Below the pieces are notes generated by a model. The model searched no databases. It was not told the origin of the DNA and worked only from the letters and a program-made list of their open reading frames with translations. Position numbers and translations under genes: made by a program. Below, in pieces: positions 12,714-25,695 of a stretch of DNA of 64,000 nt. The DNA comes from Ptychomitrium polyphyllum (taxonomy: Eukaryota), in contig OZ316775.1 of NCBI GenBank assembly GCA_973851085.1, positions 620,001-684,000 of the forward strand, written 5' to 3'. How positions within the stretch are numbered: the stretch's first letter is position 1; each line of letters starts with the position of its first letter.

Positions 12714-13879
12714 TGATGCACACCTCTCTTTCAGGAGTATCCGCAACACTAAGGGCACAAGGGGGACCCCGAAGTGACGTCCGGGACTTGTGGCGCCGAT
12801 AGTGAAGTGGCCCGAGTAGGCCTAGTGTGGGAAGGATATCAAGAGAGAGAAACATCCTTGCCCATGTAGACCAAGGGCCACGAGGGAGAAATTATAGGCA
12901 GTGGAAGACTCACGACGAATTGATTCTAGAACGCTAAAGATTGCTCAAATCGGACAACCAAGCTAAAAGATATGGCATCTCAAAGTTGGGGCTGCCAAGG
13001 GGCTATTCTGGACTGTGGCAGCCCTAGACAGTGACTGTACTGGAGTGGGACACTGCAGGAAGGAACTTCTCAGAAGTCCCGAACCTTGAAAGAGGCATAT
13101 CTCCCAAAATAATAAGTTAAATTAGATGTTTGAGGAATCTATTGGCATCTTCGCAAAGAGTAGATGACGATAGAGTGGTTGCTTGATAGATTCAAACACC
13201 AAACGTGGAAGATATGGCTCCTTGAAGGTCCGCAGGAAGTCCCGGAAGCTTCCAGTGGCTAAGTGCCAAGGGAGATTGGGTGGTCTTCCAAAGTTTTGGG
13301 TGTGTCGGGGTTTAGCCAGCTACAGAGGGCTAGAGGGCTTGCCAAATTCCAACAAAGAGTACTATAAGGGAGGGTTGGTCCTCCTCCCCACTCTTCTAGT
13401 GTCCCAGTAAGAAGTAAGGGTGAGTCCCGGTTGATGAAGCTAGTGTTGGAATTTCACCATGGGGAATCTCACACCATTGTGAGCCAATGGATGACCGGTT
13501 TCACGAAGGGAACTAGTGAGATCAAAAAAACACGCTTGTTACCACTAAGTTGGGGTGGTGTCTTCACGCCAGCACCTTGATGGCCCGAGGTGATCTTAGG
13601 ATTACATGGGAATCATGTGTGGTGGTGAGGAGACACCGCTAAGTGCGGTTAAGCCGTGTGGAATGGGTATAACATCAAGGGAGGCTTTGGATATGAATGG
13701 AAGTCCGCACCTAACCATTGGCTACCAATCAATTGGGTATCCTAAGAGAAATGGTAGGGAGAATTGGAAACCAAACCTGGAACTTGGAGAGTGAAAACGG
13801 GGGTTAACCATGTACATGTGGGAGTGTACAAGGTTGACGTGCGTGACGTTTGCTAAGGTGCATTACAGGTGTTGCAACA
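12714..13879. mobile_element. Solo LTR, family 2 (~1.17 kb)
   Basis: GC-richer block with inverted termini TGATGCACACC...GGTGTTGCAACA and 5-bp TSD TAAAA/TAGAA. Removal restores the integrase frame THSMLY. Confidence 0.85.
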
Positions 13880-15619
13880 TAGAATGTGTCATGCACATTT
13901 AAAAATGAAAGAATCTTTCTAATTTGGCTTTAAAAAATATGCATGTTTAATTCCATTTAGCCACACACAAAATGAAAAGCCATCATTTTAATGGAACCTA
14001 GTCACATGGCTAATTCTGTTCTATTTTATAGCAAAAGTAATTGAAAAGAATGTTTTTTATTGAAGTTTGTATAAAACCGTAACATTTTTTTTACACATTG
14101 CCAACAACTTGAGAATGTATCATGTTTTTTTATCAAAGTCTTGAATTTGGTGCATGCCTATTACAATCTCCATACCATCTTGTTTCATTTCAATCTCCTT
14201 CAAAGGACTTAGATAGCAAAAAAATCCATCTGCATTCAAATAAATGATATTTGTTCAATGTACAACATCAAGATCACATTCTTGGAGCAACAATGCCATT
14301 TAATAAACCTATTAGTGAGTTTGTTCAATTCCATAATTTACTTCAAAAAATTGATGGTTAATAGTTGAAGTAACACATTGCCTATATAAAAAAGGTTGGA
14401 ACTAAATAACAATTCAAACTACCACCAAAACTTTTCGTTTGTAAAATGAGTAATTAAACTCTACATTATTGTTGCTTTTAAAGAAAAATGCAATTAAACA
14501 TATTCTTGTTGTTCTTCATATTTTTTTGTCAAGATTAATTCTATTCCTATTGTACTCCAATCATTGTATAGCTAGGAGAATATGGTAATATTTGGACATC
14601 AAAGCAGTAGAGCTGAATTTAGCCTTTGGTTCAACATGTCAAATGCCAATTATTGTTCATGATTCAAGTATATAATTAATCTTTTAATAATAATTTAATA
14701 ATAATTTTTAAAAAAAATTCTAAAACTTTTAAAAAAAAACATGTTTAATTATACATGGTTTAGATAATGAAGCTAGAAATTGAAAAGAAAAGCACTAATC
14801 ATGGAAGTCAAAAATATTAATTTTTTTTTTTAAAAAACAAATAATGTCAAATTTTTGATAAAAACCAATGCCAAAAGTAATCCAAAATTGGCTTTAAATA
14901 AATTGTAGAAGTGGAAAATTAAAAATATTAAATTTTATAATATAGTAAATACAAGTTTAATAAAGATATGTGCAACTAATGTGCTTGTAATTCAATAATG
15001 CAACACCTTTATCTACAATGGTTGCACATTTAAATCAATAGTTCCATTGTAAATGCAATATGATATAAGGCTTAGAAGAAATATTCATTATAAAACTTAT
15101 TACAAATAAATTTTTGTATACATATATTGCAATTTTATAGATACAAAAGAATAATGCATTGGACGTAGTTGTAGTTTGTGAAGACACAAGTTTATATTAT
15201 GATTGTTGTCTATTAGATAAAAAACCAATTTAAAAGTTTGGAATGACATTAAAAGCTTATTGATAAATAGTGAAGTAATTTTAAGCTATAAAGAGACGTA
15301 CAAAGATAAAAAGAAGTTTAGCAAAGGTAGAAAGAACATGTTTAAAAAAGAAGATATGGAAAAAAATTGTGATAAAATAAATACATAAGACCTGAAGGCA
15401 AAAGAGAGGCGGGGAAGGCAAATCAAGAATAATATAAAAAATGTGCAATATTGAAATTAATAAATAAGTGGAATAAGTTCTTAAAGTGAAGTCTTTTAGA
15501 AGATGATGCAAAGTCATGTTGATGTGGAAGCTTATTGTGAAGTTGTGAAACTCAACTCTAGATTTTTGCCATAAAAATTTGATGTAAAATTTCATTTTTT
15601 CTTTCTAAGTTCATCATTG

Positions 15620-16080
15620 GTATTATATTATAATTTTTTGCAAAGTTTGTGAGTTTTATATGATCTAATACATTTGAAGCAGTGAATAAAACTCTTGCAC
15701 AATATAGCTTTTCAATGTTATTTGTATTTTGTAGAAAATAGACATACTTCCTTTATACAACGTCTTTGAATACAAAGCTCTTGAAATGGAATGTTGAGAC
15801 TACATCTTTTTTGACTAAAATGTAGGCTTTTGAGATAAAGAGATTTACATTTGAAAAATACATGTAGCTTAATCTTTCTCATTTTGTAGATTTTTGCATC
15901 CATTTGCACATTCGAAGCCATTTTTGTTTTCTATGGTTTACATTTATGTTACAACTGAGGCAAATTCTTAGGTTTAGTACTCCTCAATTAGGTAATTCTA
16001 AGATGAACTTACAGGTTTCAAAAGGAAACAATTCCATGAGGAACGTTTACACGCCTTTCAGAATAAGCAATGTAAACCTT
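15620..16080 (-). pseudogene. Possible decayed basic ORF (ORF G)
   Basis: Track ORF 15718..15921 (KIKLHVFFKCKSLYLKSLHFSQKRCSLNIPFQELCIQRRCIKEV) extends on both sides with scattered stops and has the same K/R/C/H-rich composition as the other decayed ORFs. Confidence 0.3.
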
Positions 16081-16287
16081 ATCCCCACGTCCAATAATAA
16101 TATCATATGAGGAAATAAAACGTTAACATAAAATGAGGAATGGAACAGCCATAGGCTGGGGCGTGGGGCCCGGGGTACTGATGATGATGAGGGAGGAAAA
16201 TGCACGGAAGGTGGGCAGACAGCATGGGTCAGGCTCCGAAGCCTCCAATCACGGCAGCCAGTGCAGGCACCTTGAACAGCAGCGGCG

Positions 16288-16450
16288 GCTCCCTTGCTCC
16301 CTTGCTCCCGAGCCCCGAGCCCCGAGCCCCAAGCCCCAAGCCCCCTCCGCCCTCCGCCCTCCGCCCTCCGTTTCTGTGGATCCCAAGGAAGCCCCACTGC
16401 CCTAGTGCGCAGTGGCCACCCCCTCCCCCTCCCCCTCCCCCTCCCCCTCC
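16288..16450. repeat. GC-rich compound microsatellite: (GCTCCCTT)~3, (RAGCCCC)5, (CCTCCGC)~4, (CCCCCT)5
   Basis: Read directly. These repeats explain the overlapping Pro/Arg-Gly ORFs in the track. Confidence 0.9.
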
Positions 16451-18319
16451 GTTTCTTGCACATGGATGGAGAGCGGATCGAGTGGCAGTTCGTTATAATA
16501 TCCGCCCTAGATAATCACAGTTCCCAAGTCAGGAGCCTCCCAGACACCGAGACCCGTTCAACTTCTTCTTTCCCTGACGCCGTCTACTGCGTTGCACGTT
16601 GAGTGCTTGGATTCCACTTCATCTGCACCATGTCCCACCCACCTTGCCTGCACCCATGCCCATGCACATGCACATGCCCATGCCAACAACCCCAAGATTC
16701 ACTCTTCAGGTTCACCAAACCCTTCGCAAAGTATCCCTGATTGGTGGAGAATTATTATGGAGACGAGCTCAGAATGATCCATTCTGATTTTGCTCGTTGA
16801 ACAATATTACTTCGAATTTCATCAAATTTTCATTTCTTAGCGCTAAGGGTGGGGAATTACATTACGTATTGTTTAATATTTGACAAATACTTCCACCGTG
16901 GAGACATTTATACTAAAAAATATTACGAGCTAAAAATAGCATGTATTTTTTCTTGTTTATCTAGTGGGATCTAATTTTTATAAGTACATTAAGTATTCAA
17001 ACAATCACCAAATATTTTTGATTAAATTATAATCTTTGAAGTGATTTTTGACATATTATAGTGCACAAGACACGTTCAACATAGAATTTAGAAGTATTTT
17101 CTTTCCTAGACCTATTTCTACTTGAAATTTAAGACTTCCTCTTGAATCCTTGATTCAAATAATCATGGAGATAAATTTTGTTACTTAAGGCATACAACAC
17201 TCTCAATAAAAAAAATACAATTTTTTTTTTTGATATACATGCAAAATAAGTCATGAGTTTTTGGATCCTTCTTAATGTTTGAAGTTTTTATCTCAAATTT
17301 CTTTGATTTTCAAATAAATTTTGAATGCTTGTATTATGCAATTTTCTAAAATGCTTAACATTATTTCTAATACTTGGAATTGATTTCTAATCCTTTGAAG
17401 ATAATTGATTATAAAAAGCTAAAATTTGTGTATAGTGCATGATTTATTTTGAAAAATATGATATGTAAAAATCTATTGAAGTGCTTCCATTGCTTACATT
17501 AAAATGTAAAAAATATTTTTTTTTTCATGTGGAATGTATGTTTGAAAGATTATCTATTCAAAGTGCCAAAATACAGAATATAGGCGTTAGAATTTTTAGA
17601 TTGAAATATTGGATTACAAATTGTATCTTTTATAATCCTTAATGTAAGTAGTTTGAGATGTGATATTTATTTTTAAAAGTTGAATGAATAAGGTTCATCT
17701 AATCATTCAATTTACAAATTTGAGTTCACTCAACTTCAAAAATTTGATAATACTTTTTAAATTCAATAAAGTAGGAAGGATTATCAATTGCATTCTTACA
17801 TATTTTTAGACATGCAAAACAAGCCTTAGGTGTAGTCCATATTAGATACCTTATCTTATAGAACATGGCACATGTTCATTGGTAAACATATTTTGTTCTA
17901 CATTTGGATGCAAAATACAAATTTATTTTCTTAAAGAAGAAGAAGGAAAAGAAGAAAATATGTAACCTATTCAAATATATTTATTTTACTTATTGTATTC
18001 TACAATGAACAATGTTCTATATGATGTTTTGATTGGTTAAGAAAAATACATGAAAAGAGGTGATCAATGTCATCCATACAATTGCATGCGTACAAAGGAT
18101 TATACTTTTGTCACCCACTATCTAAATCTAAATATGCTTCTAGTGGTGGTATTTTTAAGTACAAATCTCAATTGAATAAAAATATTAAGTTTTGGAATTT
18201 TGATATGCCTCTTGGAGATGGACTTAGCCCATTATTTGAAACACGTAAACATGTAAGTTTTTTTTTTAAAAATTATTTATTTATTTTTATTATTTTTTAA
18301 TTATTTAAAAAAAAAAATT

Positions 18320-19923
18320 CAAAAATAGACGCAGTTTCAGTTTACTAAATTGCACATTTTATTATATCATGAGAAACATCTGCACTCTGGTTTGGACTGT
18401 ACCAGTGGGCATAAGTCCGGTTTGTCCAGGTCCTGATGTTTTGACTCCTGATTCATTTGAGAGTTATAGTTTGAAGGGATCTGCATCAATTATGCCACCA
18501 AAAAACAGTTGCCTTGTTGTTATTTAATGGAATTGAAGATCATCATTGCAAATGTATTGCACTATATTCCACTAAAGGTCTAAATTTCATTGGTGTCTTG
18601 TTGATTTTATCTCAGAAATTTCAATGTAATAAAGTATGTTTTATATGGACACCATATAAACAAGCTATGAAATTCACAATTTGGCTACAAAATGGCTTCC
18701 AAAATGGCTTCCAAAATTTGTTAGTTGCACATCCTCAATACATACATGTGGTTGTTCCTTAGCTTGATGTGATGATTTGAAAGCAATCTTTTTTTTGTAT
18801 AATTGCATACAACTTAAAATGTACATCCACTAAACTTGGACAACTTTACTTTTAATTTAAATACATGTTGGATAAAATTTAATGATTTTGATGAATTTTG
18901 AATCTTCGATCTAAAACTATATATAGAAAAGTTAGTAATTCTAAACCTCTTAAACATTTTAATTACAAATCTATTTGACTATGATGCTTTCAAAAGTCCA
19001 CACATGCTAAAATTCATCCACCTTTGTTTTATTTGATGTTGCAGAACATTTCCTATTCATTTGACTTTAGAGAAATAAACATGTTGGATCATTTGCAAAA
19101 TATGATATCTCAAATATTATGTTTGAAGTGGAAAAAGATAGCAAATGGTTTAAGATTTACTTGGATACATTATCCAACATATAATGGGTCAAGTCTGGTA
19201 AAATTTATTTCTGAAAATAAGTAAATAATAGAAATGATGAGAAAAAACTTTCTAAAATATAGTTTTAAGAGAGGAGAAAAATGGAAATGGAAATTTAGAG
19301 AAGATTTCTTAATATTGGAAGGTGTTTTTGGAAAAACAATTATTATCCAACATGAAGGTGCTGATCCTGATCCTTGCCTACGGTACGTCATTGCATGACT
19401 GATTTTCCAAAAATATTTCATAGAAAGAAATCATGATGAGGTCTTAGGCCTGTGGCCATAGCACAACACTTACATAGTCATTCTAAAGATGACAACTTGC
19501 ATAGTCCAGTAACACCTCTAAGTTAACCATGCACACCTTGATAGTACACATGCTCAAGGACATTAAAAAGTGATGCCGCTGCAGCATTTGGATAAAGAGC
19601 ATGCAAGTAGGGTTAGTAGACACTGATAATGCTGTAAAGACTAGTGTTCATAGAGCTGCTTGTGCTGCTTGCACATGATGTGGATCATAGAATCTGCAGG
19701 AGCAGATATTACAGGTGAAAAATGAGCAAACATTTAAGGTTATGCAAACATGGCATATTCAGTATCCCACAATCAATGGACTACAAAGGGCTTCTTTACA
19801 CAATAGCAAGATGAAATGCATAAACATAAAGCTTTCCAATTTGGAATGTTCATAAATTTTCCATGTGGGAAAAAAATTAATACATTGCATTGGAATTTTT
19901 TTGAATCAAAACTGATTCAATAA
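18320..19923 (+). pseudogene. Decayed intronless ORF of unknown function (ORF F, ~530 codons)
   Basis: Track ORFs 18514..18762 and 19024..19224 lie in one frame that continues without frameshift. 19021-19500 has 3 stops in 160 codons (KFREDFLILEGVFGKTIIIQHEGADPDPCLRY). Overall about 27 stops with TGA the commonest. Stop depletion is modest outside the core. Confidence 0.4.
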
Positions 19924-20336
19924 AATTAAATCACCTTTTTATCAATAGTAACCATGTTTAATTGCCTTCAATCCACAGTTATGGGTGTTGTTGTCTTCAA
20001 GGTCATCCATCTCACTTGTTAAAAAATGTTGTGTGTATATCAAAAAAATTAACTCTTCTATTTGATGAGAACAACTTGACCAACCTAACCTTGTACATAA
20101 TATTTTTCAATGATCCTTTGAAACCGTCATTTAAAGGAATAATCCTATCATTCATAAATATAATTCCATCATCAAAACCCTACACTAAAAAATTTAGGAA
20201 TTTATGTACGAAAGTCATCAAAATTAATTAATGTTTTTAAAAATGTATTGCTACTTGCTTTCATTTTCATTTATTATTGATTGTGAACTTTCTGAAATGA
20301 AAGTACTTTGCTTAGGAATTCCTTAAGAATGCTATG

Positions 20337-20791
20337 TATTATGGACATAGATCATACAACATAGTCTATAGAATCTTCTAGAACCTTCTAGTGCATTGTA
20401 ATAGTTTCTTAGAATGTTTTTAACACTTCCATAGCCATTCCAATCCTTAGAAAACTTCTAAAGAAGTTCCACTTGTTTGAAAAAACATTTTAGGAAGGTT
20501 TCATTCCCTTATGAAACTTCTTCAAAAAACTTCACTTCTTTAAAGAATTTCTTAGGAAGGTTCTATAGACTTCTAGAGTATTCTTAAGCTTCATAAGATT
20601 TTTTTAGAAGTATCGTACAAAATACAAGCATCATAGTGTAAATAGGATGCAAGACAAGATATGCCTTAATTTTGCCAATACAAGTTGTGAATCATATTGT
20701 ATTATGTCCTTGTTTTAGCCTTTGTATAAATTTGTGTTTATTATTAGTTTTTTGGAAACTAATTATTGAAATCCACTTTGTGTTCCTAATA
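20337..20791 (+). mobile_element. Solo LTR, family 1 copy 3 (opposite orientation, most decayed)
   Basis: Reverse complement of copies 1 and 2 (TATTATGGAC...GTTCCTAATA) with a perfect 5-bp TSD CTATG at 20332-20336 and 20792-20796. Confidence 0.85.
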
Positions 20792-23700
20792 CTATGCATG
20801 CATAAATACTATTTTCATTTACAAAAGAAATATAAGAAATTTAATCAACAAATAATCCATTACAATCAAAACATTAAAAATATACAAATGCCCATCAATG
20901 TTAAACAATTTCATATTGACAATTAAATAATGGATTTAATATTCATATTACCATTTTTTGAGAAAGATTTGCAATACAAATTAAAAAAATTTCCTATCTT
21001 TAATCCAAAATTGGTCCTAAATTGTAATATAAGAGATTTATTTTGGACTATTACTTTGTGTTCTTTTTAACCATTTTTATTATTATTTGTAAATTTCACT
21101 TGGTAACATCTTCATATAGTTTTTTCTATACTACATGCACCACATATATACTCAATTGTTAAACAAAAAACTTAATTGTCTTTTTATATTGTAAGCAGTG
21201 GCATAAAAAATCTTAATAAGTTATTGGGCCAATTTCAATGCTTCACCCATATACAAATTTATAAATTTATAGTTGTTTGATTAGGCTTTTTTGAAAATTA
21301 TACTTAAATATAAAATATTCTTATAATCATTACATATTTAAATAAATTATAAAAAAGGCCTAAAGTTTATAACGGATAGAATTTAATTTATATCAAAATA
21401 ATATAATATAATATGATTTTTATTAATTATTCATTACATTCATTATAATCAATTTATTTTTTTTAATACTTAACTCAAGATTTAGGTTAAACAAGAAGTT
21501 CTTGTTTTTGCATATCTTTGTTTTATTGCTTATATTTTGTATATGTTTCTTATAACCTAAAATAGATATTGGTTTCTCTTTGTACAAATCTTTGCATTCA
21601 AACTCTTGACTCATTCTATACCTATCTTCTTTTCACCTTTACTAAATTTGGCTTTTTAATCATTCATTGCTTTAGGAACTTTATGGCTATTATCCATTAC
21701 ATATTGTTGGACTCCTATATTGTTGATTGATTCCTCTTTAATCAAATTCTTTCAAGGCTTGTTTCTTTTATTTACGCATTTTACGCATTTTGTTTAACTC
21801 TAGGTTACTAAAAGCCCTTTGATTGTTACACCACCAATTGATATATTATATTACATTACGTCCACTTCCAAACCCAAGCATCCTTAGTACTAATCAACAA
21901 ATGAGACATTGATAATCTGACATAATTTCATAATTTTTACATTCAAAATGAAATAATTGGATAATAAATGTTGGATGGTATGAATGGACGTAAATGCATG
22001 CACATGATTCATTTCATGTTATGTCACGTATTATATGTTTTTGTCTCTTAATACAAATGGAATATATGGTATTGAATTCAATTGGTAAAAATATCCATTT
22101 TAAAAATAAATTATAAAATTGTATATATTAACATAGTTTATACTAAATTATTTGATTATTTTAGTGGATAGAATCACATGCGCATTTACAATACATTAGA
22201 AATCTTTTAAAATTTTTGTTGAATTTTTAAAACATACCATGATTTTTCGAAATGATTGAAAGGAATATGGATATTTATTTTAAGATACAATCAAAATCTA
22301 TCATTAATTCCTAAAGTTTCTAACTAATATGCTTTTATCACATATTGCTTTATATTATCTATAAACACATATACAAAATTTTCCAAATTTAACATATTCT
22401 TTTTGCATCTGCTCTTTCTAAATTCAAATTTGATATCATAGATGGAATTAAAAATAACTCATTTATTCTCAAATTTAGCATCTTTAAGATCATTATACTT
22501 GTACAATTATTATCACTTAAGGATTTTGTACATTTTGGTATTTGTATCAATTAAAACTAAATTATTTACACAAATTGCCATTAATATAATTGGCATCAAT
22601 TATATCTTTGTAACTAATTTTTGTGTTTATTCTTATTAATTTACCATATTTCTTAATCAATATTATTAACTACAATTAAAATTTCTAAATCTATCAAATT
22701 ATTATAATATCACAATTGTATTATTGTCCTTACAATTGACTATTAATTAATTATAAATTTATCTTAGAATCTTCTAAAAATCTTATTGATAAAGGACTTG
22801 GATACATTTGCACAAAATAAATTTTAATGTTATATTGATACATTCACCAAATAAAAGAAATAGTTTTGATATTGTATATTTTGATCAATGTATTGATTGA
22901 CAAACATGTGCAATAAACTTTTTTAAAGAATTTTTGGAACTTAGTTCCTTGCTTAAAAAAATCAAAATATAGTATATTATAAGATAATGACTTTGGATGT
23001 CAACGATCTAATTGTACCTTGAGGTATTCAATGCAAATGCACTAGATGTTGTTTGCATAATCTAATTTAAGTATTTTTGATTAAAATAAAATAAAATCCA
23101 TAATATAATATATGACGATTTTTTAAATTATTATTATACAATATGTATTTTTTTTAAATAAAATTATTTGTAGGAATTAGATTTGACACATTTTTATCAT
23201 TTAATTGAATATCTTAAAAATAGTATTAAACAATTGAAAAATCATAATTTTAAAAAAAAATGTTAGTGACCTAAAATAAATATAAAAAGATGGCATCCTA
23301 TTACCGAATACCAATTGCCAAAAATGGATTAAAGATGAAGACTTTCCACTTTACATTTGCCAAAGTCCATCCAATGATTGAAATAGATGAACATATTGTA
23401 ACTAATATTAGTAAATTTTAAAGTTCAATCCCAGGAATTTCATAAAATTTGAAGCTGATATGATTAGGTTATGAATATTAAATTATAAAGTAATTGTGGC
23501 ATTAATGTAAACATGTAGGAATATCCAAAGTGGATATGATAATGTCATGCATCAAAGAGTCAATATATCAAAATGAAAGGTTGGAAATGAGATGGATTTG
23601 GATTTTCTTTTAATTATTTTTAAGCAAGTAGTAGGTGGTTATTTAATACTATTGCCTATGTGTATTACTTTTACTTTATTGTAGAAAAAAATGTTGAAAG

Positions 23701-24003
23701 TTAGATATAAATAATATATAGATAGTGCACAATTATTTTCAATAAGATATTTTTTAATTTCTTATTCAATTTGCAACATCAATTAACTTGCACATGATTG
23801 AATTAACTTAAACATGGTTTTCCAATTCATCTCCATTTATTTTATATTCAATACCATGATAAATTTATATTAGGGCCAATAATCTTGAGAAACAAAAAAC
23901 TTGAGAACTAAAATCCATAATAAAAAATAAAAAACATACTAAGACAATTCTAAAAGACTTATAAACCAAGTATAATACAACTAGTTGCAAAAAAATTGCC
24001 TTA

Positions 24004-24171
24004 ATAATTCCAAATTATATTTAATTCAAGAAATATACATACATTCAACTATCATGGTTGAGAGTTTTAAACACTAGTTTTTAAATTATAATTCCAAATT
24101 TTATTTAATTCAAGAAATATACATACATTCAACTATCATGGTTGAGAGTTTTAAACACTAGTTTTTAAATT
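24004..24171. repeat. 84-bp tandem duplication (2 copies, 1 mismatch)
   Basis: ATAATTCCAAATT...CTAGTTTTTAAATT occurs at 24004 and again at 24088. Confidence 0.95.
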
Positions 24172-24601
24172 TCCAACTCTTATAATTTTGAATCTAAATC
24201 CATAATAAAACTAGCAACTATCATCCAATAGTGCAAGTAGAGAACTTGATAGTACTAGATAATAGACTTGAAAGACCGATAACAATTTGTCTAAGACATC
24301 TAAAAATTACATGTATTTTCCTTAAGTGCTACATTCTAATGAATCATAACTTCTAAAATGATAACCCCCCAAAAAGTACAGCCCTTGCTTAGCTAATACA
24401 ATATACATTATTACATAACAATACCACTTCAATGTACATTTTAGATAAGATCTACTCTGCATTCAAGGGTTGAATATCAAATTTTCTTTCCAAGTGGTGC
24501 ATGACCATTTTTCATCATAAAATTCATTGAATTCACATATTCCATCAATCCATTTTTGCTAGACTTAAATGTAGCAAAACAAATTAAATAACAAACGTTT
24601 C

Positions 24602-25695
24602 ATGAACATCAGTCTTCTGGGACAGAGTTTTTCTGGCCTTAGGAAACAGTGTATTAAATGTATGCTCTCATCATTATACCCAGGCCCACATCAACGAACT
24701 CTTTATTGTATTTGAAATTAGCTAACCACTTGGGACATTGTCTTGTAGAAGACTGCTAGAATCTTCAAACAAGGTACAGTTGTGAGGAAAGAACAAACCT
24801 AAGAAATTAAATAGAAAGCACCAAAATTCAAAGCTACCTGCAGGATGAGGTTGTTTTGGAATAAGATTCAGAACTTGTACAATCATTCTATACAAAGCAA
24901 AAATGTGCAAGACAAGTGACGTTGTCATCATTATTCCATTCCATTCCATGCAGGATGGGTTCCACTGGGCGCCTGCAAAGTACAACAGTTGAAGTCAAAC
25001 ACACTATCATTCTTCTCAAGTTTTGGTGGTGTGCTTCATTTCCGTGTTTCTGGAACATTAGATACTGTGCCAAATGGCAAATGGAGGATGCTGGAAAGGG
25101 CACAAAAATCTCAAGGATATCACCCCACTGTAGCCTACGGTAGTATCTTTCAATATGTTGTACACTGGTGAGTGGTGACCATGCCTATACTGCCTATAAT
25201 GGTATCTTTCATTATTATGTACATTGGTGAGTTTATGACCATGACTATACTGTGAACCATTTGTCTTTTGCGGATGGTGTATCCCTTCAAAACTCATGAC
25301 AAACATATGCGATCTCCTGGCTCTGAGACTAGGACAGGTCTGTAACAGCATCTGCATTGGTTATTAAAATGTTTTTTTGGAGAGGGATGAGTGCAAGGGT
25401 TGAACTTCGTGAATATGTTGGACAGAAACCCAATTAAACAAATGCAACCCTTGACAGCCTTGGTTACATCATGAGTCAGTGTAACGAATTTGTTCTCCTG
25501 ACAAAGTTTCCATCCAAACAGGCTTGACAAGTATGGGGATCTAGAACATCCAACTATGCACCGTAACCAACTATGGACCAAGAACTAACTATCACAACTT
25601 CCAAAGAATATGTACATATTCATTTCAAAAGATGCATGATTGTCAACAAGTCTAATCTAACCTAGTTCCAGGTGGCACGAAGGCACATATATTAA
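24602..25695 (+). pseudogene. Decayed intronless ORF of unknown function (ORF A, ~360 codons) with internal 20-aa repeat
   Basis: ATG at 24602 lies at the edge of AT-rich DNA. MNISLLGQSFSGLRKQ...GTLDTVPNGKWRMLERAQ...VELREYVGQKPN*TNATLDSLGYIMSQ. About 15 internal stops (7 TGA, 5 TAG, 3 TAA) and one 1-nt deletion near 25175. The 3' end is uncertain. Confidence 0.6.

Larger units (their letters stand above)
10922..14670 (-). mobile_element. Decayed Ty3/Gypsy pol remnant: RNase H, integrase and C-terminal PHD finger, interrupted by two solo LTRs
   Basis: Degenerate RNase H (LYNDWSTIG; KSNNNVEFNYSFY; ALLLQECDLDVVH, ~14250-14670), integrase zinc-finger region (THSMLYN*Y*W), integrase core (IMDLGYC*SLDVGG; MEYFSK*IKFVAL; CTKALIDHCTT, ~12250-12600), C-terminal region (EPILLNLVHEKLALVVDFDD) and PHD-like CVVC..MLLCN*CQHRWHMAYL..ICSYC (10922-11059). 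The RNase H then integrase order is Ty3/Gypsy. Confidence 0.85.

Noticed and set aside
16047..16602. Overlapping Pro-rich and Arg-Gly ORFs
   Set aside because: Products of GC microsatellites, with no domain or splice support.
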